Source of the DNA: an uncultured virus (IMG/VR IMGVR_UViG_2663763079_000004)
Taxonomy: Duplodnaviria > Heunggongvirae > Uroviricota > Caudoviricetes
Direction: 5' to 3' (one strand)
IMG/VR virus record: IMGVR_UViG_2663763079_000004
Span: 1 to 64,000 of that record
Length of the DNA: 64,000 nt
This document shows, piece after piece, positions 18,730-29,879 of the stretch. The notes under the pieces are model-generated. The model was given only the letters and a program-made list of their open reading frames with translations. It searched no databases and was not told the DNA's origin. Position 1 is the stretch's first letter. Every line of letters starts with the position of its first letter. Made by a program: the position numbers and the translations under genes.

Positions 18730-18945
18730 ATGTATCGAATGGACAAGCTAACAACAGGTATTGCCTACGGAACGTCCGCAGGTAACGCGGGGTTCTGGAT
18801 GTTGCAATTGCTCGACAAAGTATCCCCATCCCAGTGGGCCGCTATTGGTGTTCTGGGAAGTCTGGTATTTGGCTTGCTGACATACCTGACGAATCTGTAT
18901 TTCAAAATTAAAGAAGACCGGCGAAAAGCTGTGCGAGGTGAATAA
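18730..18945 (+). CDS. Pinholin, phage 21 S-like, dual start
   Basis: [14 protein letters not shown]...two TM segments...KIKEDRRKA; ATGs at 18730 and 18739. Confidence 0.9.
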   Translation: MYRMDKLTTGIAYGTSAGNAGFWMLQLLDKVSPSQWAAIGVLGSLVFGLLTYLTNLYFKIKEDRRKAVRGE

Positions 18946-19442
18946 TGTCTCCGACACTACGTAAAAGCGTTCTTGCTGCAGTCGGCGGTGGAGCCTTTGC
19001 GATTGCCTCTGCACTCATTACTGGCCCGACGGGTAATGATGGGCTTGAGGGAGTGCGATACGACCCTTATCAGGATGTGGTAGGTGTCTGGACGGTTTGC
19101 TACGGCCACACAGGTAAAGACATCATGCTCGGCAAAACCTATACCGAGGCAGAGTGTCGGGCGCTACTAAATAAAGACCTGAATACCGTCGCCAGGCAGA
19201 TCAACCCTTACATCAAAAAACCGATCCCAGAAACTATGCGTGGGGCTTTGTACTCGTTCGCCTATAACGTCGGAACTGGTAACTTCCAGACCTCCACACT
19301 GCTTCGCAAAATCAACCAGGGTGACCCTAAAGGAGCGTGCGATCAACTGCTCCGCTGGACCTATGCCAAAGGTAAGCAGTGGAAAGGACTTATTACCCGG
19401 AGGGAAGTTGAGCGTGAAGTTTGTTTATGGGAGCAAAGATGA
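18945..19442 (+). CDS. SAR endolysin (GH24 lysozyme)
   Basis: Gly/Ala-rich SAR segment, then [19 protein letters not shown]. Confidence 0.93.
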   Translation: MSPTLRKSVLAAVGGGAFAIASALITGPTGNDGLEGVRYDPYQDVVGVWTVCYGHTGKDIMLGKTYTEAECRALLNKDLNTVARQINPYIKKPIPETMRGALYSFAYNVGTGNFQTSTLLRKINQGDPKGACDQLLRWTYAKGKQWKGLITRREVEREVCLWEQR

Positions 19443-19789
19443 GTCGCTTAACCGCCGTTATCATCGCTATAACAATCCTGCTGGCCTCTAACGTGATTTC
19501 GTGGCGCTCAGGCTGGAGTTCTCACGCTGATCACATCAATGCTCAAGCTTCAAAGAAGAGAGAGAAGGCCGAGAGTACCATTAAGCCTGTAGAGGAAAAG
19601 GCCGCTACTGCTAACGAAGCGGGTAAGGTCATCTACAAAACAATAACCCGTGACGTGGTGAAATATGTTCAGTCTCCGAATCGTATTGTATGCAGGTTTG
19701 ATGATGATGCTGTGCAGCTGCGTCAGCGCGCCATCGATGCTGCCAACTCCATCCCCGGATTTGATGAGCCCGCCGTGCAAAGCAAGTGA
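19439..19789 (+). CDS. i-spanin (Rz-like)
   Basis: N-terminal TM helix, follows endolysin. Confidence 0.75.
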   Translation: MSRLTAVIIAITILLASNVISWRSGWSSHADHINAQASKKREKAESTIKPVEEKAATANEAGKVIYKTITRDVVKYVQSPNRIVCRFDDDAVQLRQRAIDAANSIPGFDEPAVQSK

Positions 19790-19907
19790 CGCCGCGAAGG
19801 ACAGCGACGAAGATCTGCAGGCTGATATTGAAAGCACTCAGTGCTTGCGGCAACTGAGATTGGATAAGTACCGCTGGCAGGCTTATTATAAAGCGATAGC
19901 CCGATAG
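19665..19907 (+). CDS. o-spanin lipoprotein (Rz1-like)
   Basis: Signal peptide with lipobox LCSC, Pro-rich, overlaps Rz in another frame. Confidence 0.75.
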   Translation: MFSLRIVLYAGLMMMLCSCVSAPSMLPTPSPDLMSPPCKASDAAKDSDEDLQADIESTQCLRQLRLDKYRWQAYYKAIAR

Positions 19908-20868
19908 GTTATTTTCTTGTTGAATTCAGTCCCTGCCTTGCTTATACCCTACCCAAAAATGAGTAGGTTGGTTGTGATTAGAAAATGTTATGCAAGAATG
20001 TCTGATCCAGCTTCAGGTGACAAACTGTCATTGGAAGTACTTGTATCAGATGGTGGACTTAAGATTTTATCTATTATTTTAATAAAGGAGTGGGACTCTC
20101 TCTCATGGTATAAAAGATAAGCAAGGTAAGTATATTTTACGAGGTGAACAGAATGCTGGGAATATCAATCTTGTCAGAGATGACACGATTGATTACACTC
20201 TTTGGGTGGTTAATAATTACACCGATGGAAATGGTGATTACGATGAATCCTCCCCTATGCTTTGCGCATTGTGCGAGGGGCAGATACTCATTATCTAATG
20301 CAAAAATACTTTTATAAGAAAACCATTAAGGCTTGATGAGCTCAGGTTTGAATATAACTAATCATCATACGCGCCTTATATGTTCGAAGGACATAACAAC
20401 TCTTAGGTATCCTGTTTATGGATATCCTGGAAATGTGCTGCTGGTGGGCTTAGTTCTTGGAGTCTTTTGTCCAGCAGTTTCAGGTTATAAAAAACCCCGT
20501 GGAGTAAATCCGACAGATTGACGGGGTGCTGCAGGGGCAGCCAATGTAGGAGTATAGTCAGATTGCGGGATGTTTTTCTACTGGTTTTGAGAAAAAATGG
20601 AAGGCCAGATACTACAGGAAGTGGCTCATCCCTAAGCTCACAGGTAGAACGACGGACTTTGTCGTGGCAGAGCAAAGTCATTAGATAGTTTAGACAACAC
20701 TCCGGATATAACAAGCGTAGCGGGTGTAAATCAGTTAACGGAGCTCAGCGGCTAAGGCATCAAGCATTCACTAAGTGGCTTTGATAATGCTATAGTTCGC
20801 CAGAAAGAACAGATTGCATGGTGTCATGCGATACAGCTCATATTTAGAACGTCAGGGTTAAGTTAGCG

Positions 20869-21057
20869 GTGAATATAACTATTAATAGTGGGTTTTTTGG
20901 TTATTTGCTTTTTTTATTGACTATGTGGCCAGTTTTTATAACGATGTGTCTAGCAATGTCTATAGCATTTTACGGAGTGCTAATGAAGAAGACTGCACTT
21001 GCCTGGCTGCTTTCTGCTTTATTTTTTGGCATATTTGGGGGGCTGTATGGGTATTAA
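20869..21057 (+). CDS. Small hydrophobic membrane protein (moron)
   Basis: 62 aa, nearly all hydrophobic, AT-rich. Confidence 0.55.
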   Translation: MNITINSGFFGYLLFLLTMWPVFITMCLAMSIAFYGVLMKKTALAWLLSALFFGIFGGLYGY

Positions 21058-21160
21058 CTTACTGATATTGAGGTTTTTTTGAAGCCTGCAAGAATTCATT
21101 GCAGTCGTCATCCATCGAATTCATGTATGCTGATAAGGATTTTTAAAGGAAAAGGAATGG

Positions 21161-21385
21161 ATGATGAATACCCAGAAGCTTCTGGATACATACATGTTAG
21201 TTGGTGCCGGTCTTTCTCGCGTCAAATATGAGATTTTCACGGGAGATGAAGGGTCATATGCATTTATTACGATTTATGCATATGAGCCTCATTTCCATAT
21301 TAAGGGCTATGATTCCTTAAAGTTAGACGAAACTGTTGATGTCAGATCTCAGATCGAAGGGCATTTCGCATATACCTACCAGTAG
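21161..21385 (+). CDS. Hypothetical moron protein
   Basis: 74 aa, AGGA RBS, followed by terminator AGCCCCGC-TTAT-GCGGGGCT-TTTT. Confidence 0.65.
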   Translation: MMNTQKLLDTYMLVGAGLSRVKYEIFTGDEGSYAFITIYAYEPHFHIKGYDSLKLDETVDVRSQIEGHFAYTYQ

Positions 21386-21538
21386 CCAAAACCATATTTC
21401 TGAATCTACAGCCCCGCTTATGCGGGGCTTTTTATTGGGGTGAATATGGCATCAAGTTCACCCAAGTTCACCCTGGCATCATCCCTGTAACACAAAACGG
21501 TGTTAACGACTGCGTTATCACTAACTTCGGAAAAAGTT

Positions 21539-21901
21539 ATGCCTCCACGCGCTAAACGACCTTGCCGGCACAAAGGATGCACGGCAGTAACGAATGATGT
21601 CAGTGGGTTCTGTGAGATCCATCGGCAGCAACACGCCGGTGATGGCTGGCGTAACTATCAGCCCGGAAAAACTCGGCATGAACGTGGTTATGGTCGTCCG
21701 TGGGAAATTAAACGGGCCCGTATCATGAAGAGGGATAAATACCTTTGTCAGAACTGCAGGCGAGACGGTATTGCCACGAAAGCTTCAAGTGTCGACCACA
21801 TCATTCCTAAAGCTCATGGTGGTACCGATGATGACTTTAATCTGGAGTCATTGTGCTGGACCTGCCACAGCAAGAAAACAGCAACAGAGAGAACCCGATG
21901 A
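21539..21901 (+). CDS. Terminase-associated HNH endonuclease
   Basis: RDKYLCQNC..VDHIIPKAHGGTDDDFNLESLCWTCHSKKT. Confidence 0.9.
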   Translation: MPPRAKRPCRHKGCTAVTNDVSGFCEIHRQQHAGDGWRNYQPGKTRHERGYGRPWEIKRARIMKRDKYLCQNCRRDGIATKASSVDHIIPKAHGGTDDDFNLESLCWTCHSKKTATERTR

Positions 21902-22170
21902 AGAGTTTCAAAATTGAATACGTTGATGGCGTTTTGACCGTTCTGGAGACTGATGGTCAGTCACGAATGAATGAAGCCGTGCATGGCATCCATTTTGAGC
22001 ATGTCCAGGGCGGCCGCCCACTGCTGAAACTGACGATTGCGCATGATATTGCACCGGCACCGGCTGCTGAGTCGGCCCAGGAACCTTTAGTGGGTGAGCT
22101 GGTACAGGATCAACAATCTCCGTTTCCCGGCGGTCGTCGTTCCCGCCATCGTAGGGGAGGTAAGCAATGA
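21898..22170 (+). CDS. Hypothetical phage protein
   Basis: ATGA-coupled ORF between HNH and terS. Confidence 0.6.
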   Translation: MKSFKIEYVDGVLTVLETDGQSRMNEAVHGIHFEHVQGGRPLLKLTIAHDIAPAPAAESAQEPLVGELVQDQQSPFPGGRRSRHRRGGKQ

Positions 22171-22598
22171 TGTATAAACGCACGGATCTGACGCTCTCCA
22201 TGTTCTATGCATCCAGCGCTGATGCAGACGGGAACAAAGTGGCTACGTTGACGATGCAGGTAATTGCAGCAGAGGTTGGAGCCGTCCAGACCAGCCAGCT
22301 GCGATGTATAACCGATAGCGCGAAGAAAAAAACGTATAGCGTAGGTGAACAATCTGTCAGTAATGGTTCCGATCCGTTGCTGGTCGCGATTGAGAATTAC
22401 TGGCGTCAGAGCACGGATGTCGTCGTTAAAGGATTGATCGCCGAGGTGACCGACTTCATCGCAGGGAACATCAACTCAGTTAGCACCTGGATTGGTCAGT
22501 TTGGGATGAAGGTTTTCGAGAACCAGCCATTAGATGAACGGCTTCCAGAAAGCGTACTGCAGGCCGATGGAGGATCTGCTACAGCGACAGGATCCTGA
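22167..22598 (+). CDS. Hypothetical phage protein
   Basis: 143 aa, GGAGG RBS, coupled to upstream ORF. Confidence 0.65.
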   Translation: MMYKRTDLTLSMFYASSADADGNKVATLTMQVIAAEVGAVQTSQLRCITDSAKKKTYSVGEQSVSNGSDPLLVAIENYWRQSTDVVVKGLIAEVTDFIAGNINSVSTWIGQFGMKVFENQPLDERLPESVLQADGGSATATGS

Positions 22599-22847
22599 CC
22601 GCCGGTATAACAACTGGTGTTCATTGAACGTCTGATATATGCCGGCCCACGCAGTGCGAACCATATTCGCTGCCGGCGCAGCCGGAATGACGACCTCCAC
22701 CTCGACTGAGACAGCAGCAGCCAGGGGGGAGGGGGGAGCAAATCCCTGACCCCTTTCGCGCTTCGGGACTGCCCGTTGAAGTCTATTTTTACACGCCAGA
22801 AATAAGAAACTTTTTTCCGGAAGGTTTCATCTATCAAAGGAACGTTT

Positions 22848-23282
22848 ATGGCCGGAGGAATTCGATCGTCCGGTGGTGGCCGAAAACCCACTTTACCCAC
22901 CGGGCAAAAAAGCAAATTAACACGTATTGCGCCTCCTGCTGAGTTAATGGGGGAGGCGGCAATAAGAATGTGGAAGACGCAAAGCAAAATACTCATCGAC
23001 CGAGGGGTGTTTGAGCTGGAGGACGCACCTTTGTTGCTGGCTTACTGCAATGCTTTTCATCTGATGCTCGAAGCCGAAAAAATGCTGGCCAGCGGACTGA
23101 CCTCAGAAAGTGAAATGGGGGGGCTGAAAAAACACCCTGCAGTTAATGTCCGGAATGACTCGGTTTCCCAGCTTGCCCGCCTGGGCTCTCTGTTGGGGTT
23201 AGATCCGCTCAGTCGTCTTCGCATGACCAGCGGACAAAAGGATCCGGACGATGACGGGAATGAATTCGATGAGTTTGACTGA
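22848..23282 (+). CDS. terS: Terminase small subunit (P27 family)
   Basis: GGRKP..APP..LAYC..KKHPAV..LGLDPLSR. Confidence 0.9.
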   Translation: MAGGIRSSGGGRKPTLPTGQKSKLTRIAPPAELMGEAAIRMWKTQSKILIDRGVFELEDAPLLLAYCNAFHLMLEAEKMLASGLTSESEMGGLKKHPAVNVRNDSVSQLARLGSLLGLDPLSRLRMTSGQKDPDDDGNEFDEFD

Positions 23283-24606
23283 TGGCAACCTATCCGAACG
23301 TCAATGCAGCGAACCAGTATGCGCGGGATATCGTTGGCGGGAAGATTCTGGCGTGTCAGTTAACGATACTTGCCTGTCAGCGACATCTGGACGACCTCGA
23401 ACGAGCAAAGGATCCCCACTGGCCCTACCGCTTCGATAAAAACAAAGCAGAACGATTTCTTCGTTTTGCCCAGAAAATGCCTCATACCTCAGGGGAATGG
23501 GCCCGGCGTAAACTCCGGATTGAATTTGAAGCCTGGCAGAAGTTCGCTCTTGGCGTACCGTTTGGATGGGTACACAAGAAGACAGGCCTGCGTCGTTTCT
23601 CTGAAATCTATATCGAGGTGCCCAGAAAGAACGGGAAATCCGCTATTGCCGCTGCTGTAGGAAATTATATGTTTTGTGCAGATGGCGAGCATGGTGCAGA
23701 AGTCTATTGCGGCGCCACGACTGAAAAACAGGCATGGAAGGTATTTTCTCCGGCGCTGCAAATGGTGAAAAAGCTGCCGGCATTGCGGCAAAAATTCTCG
23801 ATAAAACCCTGGGCAAAAAAAATGACGCGCCCTGACGGTTCGGTTTTTGCGCCTGTGATCGGTGACCCGGGGGATGGTGATTCGCCATCATGCGCCATCA
23901 TTGATGAATATCACGAACATACTACTGATGCGCTTTACACCACCATGACCACCGGTATGGGGGCTCGTGAACAACCGATGACACTGATCATCACCACTGC
24001 CGGCTATGACATTACATCCCCTTGCTATGAAAAGCGTACTCAGGTTGTCGAGATCCTGCGGAGAACCCGTAATGGCGAGGAAAATGAAACCATATTTGGG
24101 CTGATTTATGGCCTTGATGACGATGATGACTGGACGACTCCTGAGGCATTAATCAAGGCAAACCCCAACTATGGCATTTCGGTAAAAGCAGATTTTCTCC
24201 GGGCGAAACAATTATTGGGTATGTCGACGCCCGGGCAGACAAACAAGATTCTGACCAAACATTTCAATCGCTGGGTAAGTGCAAAATCAGCTTATTACGA
24301 CCTGAGAAAATGGATGGATGCGGCCGATAAAACCCTTAAGTTGTCAGATTTTGAAGGGGAGGAATGCTGGCTGGGTATCGATCTGGCCTCGAAAGTTGAC
24401 CTCAATGCCGTGGTTCCGGTTTTTCGTCGTGAAATAGACGGAATAACACATTTTTACTGTGTTTCTCCTCTGTTCTGGGCACCGGAAGAAACCATTTACT
24501 CGCAGGAGACCGCGCTGAAGAGTACCGCAGAACGTTATCAGTCCTTTATCCGGCAGGGGAAGTTGATCCCGACCGATGGCGGTGAAGTTGATTACAGACT
24601 GATATT

Positions 24607-25662
24607 GGCTTTGTTGAATAAATAAGATTTCGTGCGAACGACCCTGTAGCTGGCTGGATTTTCAGGCAATACGCACGCTTTCTGGCATCCCAGCCTTTGT
24701 CATCCTGTTCAACGCACGCACCATGGCCATAGCTTCCGATACCTGACCATCGTAGTCACGCAGCGTCAGTGAATCTCCCAACAACTGCTTCATTCTGTAC
24801 ATTGCCGTTTCCGCTATCGAGCGACGGTTATATTCCGTTGTCCATTTCCACCGTGCATTGCTTCCGCTCAGCCGCTGATTAGCAACGGCACGGTTGCGGT
24901 CTGCGTACTCACCGGGCCAGTAACCTGCTCCTTTTCGGGGAGGAATAAGCGCGCTGATTTTTTTGCGGCGCAGTTCATCGTGACAGAGCCGGGTATCGTA
25001 AGCCCCGTCTGCCGCGGCTGCCCTGATTTTTCTGTGAGTCTGCCGGATAAGGCCCGGGAAGGCTTCTGAGTCCGTGACGTTATTCAGCGACAGGTCTGCA
25101 CAGACAACTTCATGTGTGTTGCTGTCAACAGCAAGATGCAACTTTCGCCAGATACGACGGCGCTCTTTGCCGTGCTTTCTGACTTTCCATTCGCCTTCAC
25201 CAAAGACCTTCAGCCCGGTGGAATCAATCACCAGGTGTGCGATTTCACCCCGGGTGGACGTTTTGAAACTGACATTAACCGACTTTGCCCGCTTACTGAC
25301 ACTGGTGTAATCCGGGCAGCGCAACGGAACGTTCATCAGGGCAAAAATGGAATCAATAAAACCCTGCGCAGCCCGCAGGGTCAGCCGGAATACGCGTTTA
25401 ATCACCAGAACGGTGGTGATGGCGAGATCAGAATAGCGCTGGGGCCTTCCTCGTGATGAAGGCGTTGCCGACTCATACCAGGCCTGAATGGCCTCATCAT
25501 CCAGCCAGAAAGTGAGGGAGCCACGGTTGATGAGAGCTTTGTTGTAGGTGGACCAGTTGGTGATTCTGAACTTTTGCTTTGCCACGGAATGGTCTGTGTT
25601 GTCGGGAGGATGCGTGATCTGATCCTTCAACTCAGCAAAAGTTCGATTTATTCAACAAAGCC
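24607..25662 (-). mobile_element. IS903-like element (IS5 family), 1056 bp
   Basis: Terminal IR GGCTTTGTTGAATAAAT at both ends; 9-bp target duplication ACTGATATT at 24598-24606 and 25663-25671. Confidence 0.96.
24662..25585 (-). CDS. tnpA: IS903-type DDE transposase
   Basis: AKQKFRITNWSTYNKALINRG..IDSTG..DGAYD..RRSIAET; 307 aa from GTG. Confidence 0.95.
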   Translation of the reverse strand: MAKQKFRITNWSTYNKALINRGSLTFWLDDEAIQAWYESATPSSRGRPQRYSDLAITTVLVIKRVFRLTLRAAQGFIDSIFALMNVPLRCPDYTSVSKRAKSVNVSFKTSTRGEIAHLVIDSTGLKVFGEGEWKVRKHGKERRRIWRKLHLAVDSNTHEVVCADLSLNNVTDSEAFPGLIRQTHRKIRAAAADGAYDTRLCHDELRRKKISALIPPRKGAGYWPGEYADRNRAVANQRLSGSNARWKWTTEYNRRSIAETAMYRMKQLLGDSLTLRDYDGQVSEAMAMVRALNRMTKAGMPESVRIA

Positions 25663-26061
25663 ACTGATATTTGAAACGATCCTGAAATTGCGGAATACCG
25701 TAAAAATTGCCCAATGCCCCATTGACCCTTATGGCGCGACTTCATTACGTCACATGCTCGAGGAAGAGGGGCTTGAGCCTGTCGAGATAAGACAAAATTT
25801 TACCCATATGAGTGATCCTATGAGAGAGATTGAGGCTGCGCTCATCTCGGGGAGATTCCATCATGACGGACACCCTGTCATGAACTGGTGTATTTCCAAT
25901 ATTGTCGGCCAGTATCTTCCCGGAAGTGACGATATTGTGCGTCCCGGGAAGGAAGGGCGGCAGAACAAGATAGATGGTGCGGTTGGTTTAATGATGGGGC
26001 TGGGGCGCGCCATGCTTAACAGTTCAGTGATGACATCCGTATATGATGAGGAAGATATAGC

Positions 26062-26241
26062 ATGCTAATTTCAGTTCTGAGTTTTATTGTCGGCCTCACT
26101 GGTGCTGGATTGTTATCAGCAGGCGCCTGGCTTATTTCTCCATCAGTGGGATTGATAACAGGAGGGATTATTTGTCTGGGCTGGTCATATATGACAACCC
26201 GGGCCTTTTCCTCCGGCGTCAGCAATGGCGGAGGTAAATAA
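26062..26241 (+). CDS. Small membrane protein before portal
   Basis: 59 aa, two TM segments, coupled to terL and portal. Confidence 0.7.
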   Translation: MLISVLSFIVGLTGAGLLSAGAWLISPSVGLITGGIICLGWSYMTTRAFSSGVSNGGGK

Positions 26242-27500
26242 TGTTCCTACCCCAGATGTTCAGGGGCCGACAATACTCGGGTAATAGCTTCTGGGAAGCC
26301 ATGCTGGGCGGGGTTCGTTCAAGCCAGAGCAAAACTGGCATCATAATCACGCCGGAAACCGCTCTTGGACTTTCAGCGGTCCGGGCCTGTGTCACCCTCC
26401 TGGCGGAGTCCGTCGCGCAGCTGCCGTGCGAACTCTACCGGCGGGATAAAAATGGCGGGCGCCAGCGTGCGACGGACCACCCGGTTTATGACCTGATTCA
26501 CTCCCAGCCCAACAGGAAAGACACCTCATTCGAGTATTTCGAGCAGCAGCAGGGGTTGCTGGGGCTTGAGGGAAATTGCTACTCGATCATCGAACGGGAC
26601 GGAAAAGGCTACCCGAAAGAGCTGATCCCCATTAACCCGAAAAAGGTCATTGTGCTGAAAGGGCCGGACGGTATGCCGTATTACGAACTCCCGGAAGTCG
26701 GTGAAATTCTGCCGATGCGCATGATGCACCATGTGAAGGTCTTTTCTCTGGATGGCTATATCGGCAGTTCCCCCATTCAGACGAACGCCGATGTTCTGGG
26801 GCTAAATCTGGCGGTTGAGGAGCATGCGGCCGCGACATTCCGGCGCGGGACAACGATGAGCGGGGTGATAGAGCGTCCGAAAGAGGCCGCGACCATTAAA
26901 AGCCAGGATGCTATTGATCGCCTGCTGGCGAAATGGACCGAGCGCCATTCCGGTATTCACAATATGTTCTCTGTGGCATTGCTGCAGGAGGGCATGAGCT
27001 ACAAACAACTGTCGCAGGATAACGAAAAGGCGCAGCTGCTACAGTCGCGGCAGTGGGGCGTGGAAGAGGTCTGCCGGCTCTATAAAATCCCGCCACATAT
27101 GGTGCAGATGTTGGCGAAAGCGACCAACAACAACATTGAGCACCAGGGCCTGCAGTTCGTGATGTACACGCTGCTGGCATGGCTGAAACGCCATGAGGGT
27201 GCGCTGCAGCGCGATCTGCTTCTGCCCAGCGAACGCCGCGATTTGTACATCGAGTTCAACGTTTCCGGGCTGCTGCGAGGCGACCAGAAGTCACGCTATG
27301 AATCGTATGCGCTGGGCCGCCAGTGGGGATGGCTATCCACTAACGATATCCGGCGTATGGAGAATCTGCCGCCAATTGCCGGCGGGGACAAATACCTGAC
27401 GCCGCTCAATATGGTCGACAGCGCGAAGATCCTTCCTGGCGATAAGTCGCCGACAGCAAAACAGCTGGCCGAAATCGAAACCCTTCTGGCCAGAGCCTGA
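26241..27500 (+). CDS. Portal protein (HK97 family)
   Basis: SAVRACVTLLAESVAQLP..GNCY..NNIEHQ..LLRGD. Confidence 0.93.
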   Translation: MFLPQMFRGRQYSGNSFWEAMLGGVRSSQSKTGIIITPETALGLSAVRACVTLLAESVAQLPCELYRRDKNGGRQRATDHPVYDLIHSQPNRKDTSFEYFEQQQGLLGLEGNCYSIIERDGKGYPKELIPINPKKVIVLKGPDGMPYYELPEVGEILPMRMMHHVKVFSLDGYIGSSPIQTNADVLGLNLAVEEHAAATFRRGTTMSGVIERPKEAATIKSQDAIDRLLAKWTERHSGIHNMFSVALLQEGMSYKQLSQDNEKAQLLQSRQWGVEEVCRLYKIPPHMVQMLAKATNNNIEHQGLQFVMYTLLAWLKRHEGALQRDLLLPSERRDLYIEFNVSGLLRGDQKSRYESYALGRQWGWLSTNDIRRMENLPPIAGGDKYLTPLNMVDSAKILPGDKSPTAKQLAEIETLLARA

Positions 27501-27536
27501 TTATTTCCCGCCGCGCGGGATGACCTGGAAGACAAC

Positions 27537-28457
27537 ATGACAACGAAATTAATTAACCTGCCGCACCTGGCAGATATGGTCTTTGGCGTGCCGCATTACG
27601 TGACGCGGCAAACAATGGACTCCGTGAAAGCGGTGCTCATCCCCCGTATTCAGGGGATCACCGAAGATGCCGCCATTCAGATGGCATTGAATCCGGGTAA
27701 ATCACCTGCTGCTGAGCAGGTCCAGCCCACCGGCGGGGTGGCGGTGATCCCCGTTCACGGCATTCTCGTTCCACGCCGGGGGCAGATTACGGCGATGTGC
27801 TCCGAGCTGACCAGCTACGAGCGGATCCGCGGGCAGTTGCAGGCTGCGTTAAACGACCCCTCAATCAGCGAAATCGTTCTGGATATTAACTCCGGCGGCG
27901 GCGCAGCGGTGGGGTGCAAGGAGCTGGCCGATTACATTTATCAGTCTCGCGACACGAAACCCATCACGGCGATTGTGAACTACAGCGCGTATTCCGCCGC
28001 GTATTTCATCGCATCGGCCTGCAGCAAAATCATCGTCAGCCAGACCAGTGGCGTGGGGTCGATTGGTGTGATCATGGAGCACCTCGATACGTCGAAGATG
28101 GAAGAAAAAATGGGGCTGACGTTCACCACCATTTACCGGGGAGATAACAAAAATAACGGCACCCAACATGAACCACTGAGTGAAGAGTCGCTGGGTATGT
28201 TCCAGGGCATGATCGACGAAATGTACGAGACGTTTACGGGGTCGGTGGCCGAATATCGCGGCCTGAAGCAGCAGGCCATCATTGATACGCAGGCGGGGCT
28301 GTATTTTGGCCCTGGCGCTGTGTCAGCCGGCCTGGCGGATGAAGTCTCTGACCCCCAGGCGGCGATCAATGCTATCGCGGCAAAGTATCAGCAACCCCGT
28401 CAAAAAACCTCCATTCAGATGCAGGCAGCCGCGATGGACCTGCAAACCAAAATGTAA
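27537..28457 (+). CDS. Prohead protease (S49 family)
   Basis: LDINSGGG, SAAYFIAS, GSIGV. Confidence 0.9.
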   Translation: MTTKLINLPHLADMVFGVPHYVTRQTMDSVKAVLIPRIQGITEDAAIQMALNPGKSPAAEQVQPTGGVAVIPVHGILVPRRGQITAMCSELTSYERIRGQLQAALNDPSISEIVLDINSGGGAAVGCKELADYIYQSRDTKPITAIVNYSAYSAAYFIASACSKIIVSQTSGVGSIGVIMEHLDTSKMEEKMGLTFTTIYRGDNKNNGTQHEPLSEESLGMFQGMIDEMYETFTGSVAEYRGLKQQAIIDTQAGLYFGPGAVSAGLADEVSDPQAAINAIAAKYQQPRQKTSIQMQAAAMDLQTKM

Positions 28458-28534
28458 CCCGGCGCAAACACAAACCGCGTCACCTTAAGCAGCCAGCAGG
28501 CTGCTTTTTTTATGTCTAAAAAGAGAGAAATAAA

Positions 28535-29821
28535 ATGCCACATATTGAAGAATTGCGTCGTCAGCGTGCGGGTATCAACGAACAGGTTCAGGCCCTGGCA
28601 ACCATTGACGCCAGCGGCGGCACGCTGACTGCGGAGCAGATGACGGAGTTTGCGAACCTGCAGCAGCAGTTCACTGATATCAGCGCCAAAATTGAACGTC
28701 TGGAAGCCGCCGAACGTGCTGCGGCGCTGGTCGCAAAACCCGTGAAAGCGACTCAGCAGGCCCCCGGCATTATTGTTAAGCAGGAGCCGAAACAGTACAC
28801 CGGTGCTGGCATGACCCGACTGGTTATGTCTGTCGCCGCAGGCGCAGGGAATCTGCAGGACGCGGCAAAATTCGCTTCAGAAGAGCTGAATGACCAGTCC
28901 GTATCGATGGCCATTTCCACCGCAGCGGCGTCCGGGGGTGTGCTTATTCCGCAGAACCTCCACAGTGAGGTGATCGAGCTACTGAGCGACCGAACCATCG
29001 TCCGCAAGCTGGGTGCCCGTCCCGTTCCGCTGCCTAACGGTAATATGACGCTACCACGCGTGGCCGGTGGAGCAACGGCAAGCTACACAGGAGAAAACAA
29101 AGACGCCAAGACATCAGAAACACGCTTTGATGATGTAAAACTTACGGCGAAAACTCTGATTGCGATGGTGCCTATTTCCAATGCACTGATTGGCCGCGCC
29201 GGATTCAACGTCGAGCAGCTGGTCCTGCAGGATATTCTGACCGCCATCTCAGTGCGTGAGGATAAAGCCTTTATGCGCGATGACGGTACCGGCGATACAC
29301 CGATTGGTATGAAGGCGCGCGCGACGCAGTGGAACCGCCTGCTGCCGTGGGAAGCTGATGCAGCGATCAACCTGAACACGGTTGACGAGTACCTGGACAA
29401 GATCATTTTGATGGCGATGGACGGCAACAGCAATATGATCAGCAGCGGCTGGGGCATGTCGAACCGTACCTATATGAAGTTGTTTGGGCTGCGTGACGGC
29501 AACGGCAACAAAGTCTATCCGGAAATGGCTCAGGGATTACTTAAAGGATATCCGGTTCAGCGTACCAGCGCGATCCCTGCGAATCTGGGGACCGGGGGTA
29601 AGGAGACTGAGATTTACTTTGCTGACTTCAATGATGTGGTTATTGCTGAAGACGGCAATATGAAAGTCGACTTCTCGAAGGAAGCCTCTTACATCGATGC
29701 CGATGGCACCCTGGTATCTGCGTTTTCCCGTAACCAGTCGCTAATCCGCGTTGTTACTGAGCATGATATTGGCTTCCGTCATCCGGAAGGCCTGGTGCTG
29801 GGTACCGGCGTCCTGTTCTAA
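28535..29821 (+). CDS. Major capsid protein (HK97 fold)
   Basis: Coiled-coil delta domain, GGVLIPQ, size and position. Confidence 0.92.
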   Translation: MPHIEELRRQRAGINEQVQALATIDASGGTLTAEQMTEFANLQQQFTDISAKIERLEAAERAAALVAKPVKATQQAPGIIVKQEPKQYTGAGMTRLVMSVAAGAGNLQDAAKFASEELNDQSVSMAISTAAASGGVLIPQNLHSEVIELLSDRTIVRKLGARPVPLPNGNMTLPRVAGGATASYTGENKDAKTSETRFDDVKLTAKTLIAMVPISNALIGRAGFNVEQLVLQDILTAISVREDKAFMRDDGTGDTPIGMKARATQWNRLLPWEADAAINLNTVDEYLDKIILMAMDGNSNMISSGWGMSNRTYMKLFGLRDGNGNKVYPEMAQGLLKGYPVQRTSAIPANLGTGGKETEIYFADFNDVVIAEDGNMKVDFSKEASYIDADGTLVSAFSRNQSLIRVVTEHDIGFRHPEGLVLGTGVLF

Positions 29822-29879
29822 CCCATCCCTCAGTAAATACGGCCCGCATATGCGGGCTTTTCCCTTTCAGGAGAATGTT

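Larger units (their letters stand above)
23282..26068 (+). pseudogene. terL: Terminase large subunit interrupted by IS903
   Basis: PRKNGKS, IIDEYH, GIDLA, KIDG motifs; removing the IS plus one target copy restores ..VDYRLIFETIL.. Confidence 0.93.

Noticed and set aside
22700..22847. cos site
   Set aside because: Position upstream of terS fits, but the cut sequence cannot be assigned by eye
25574..26068. 164-aa ORF as a separate gene
   Set aside because: It is the terL C-terminus read in from IS903 sequence
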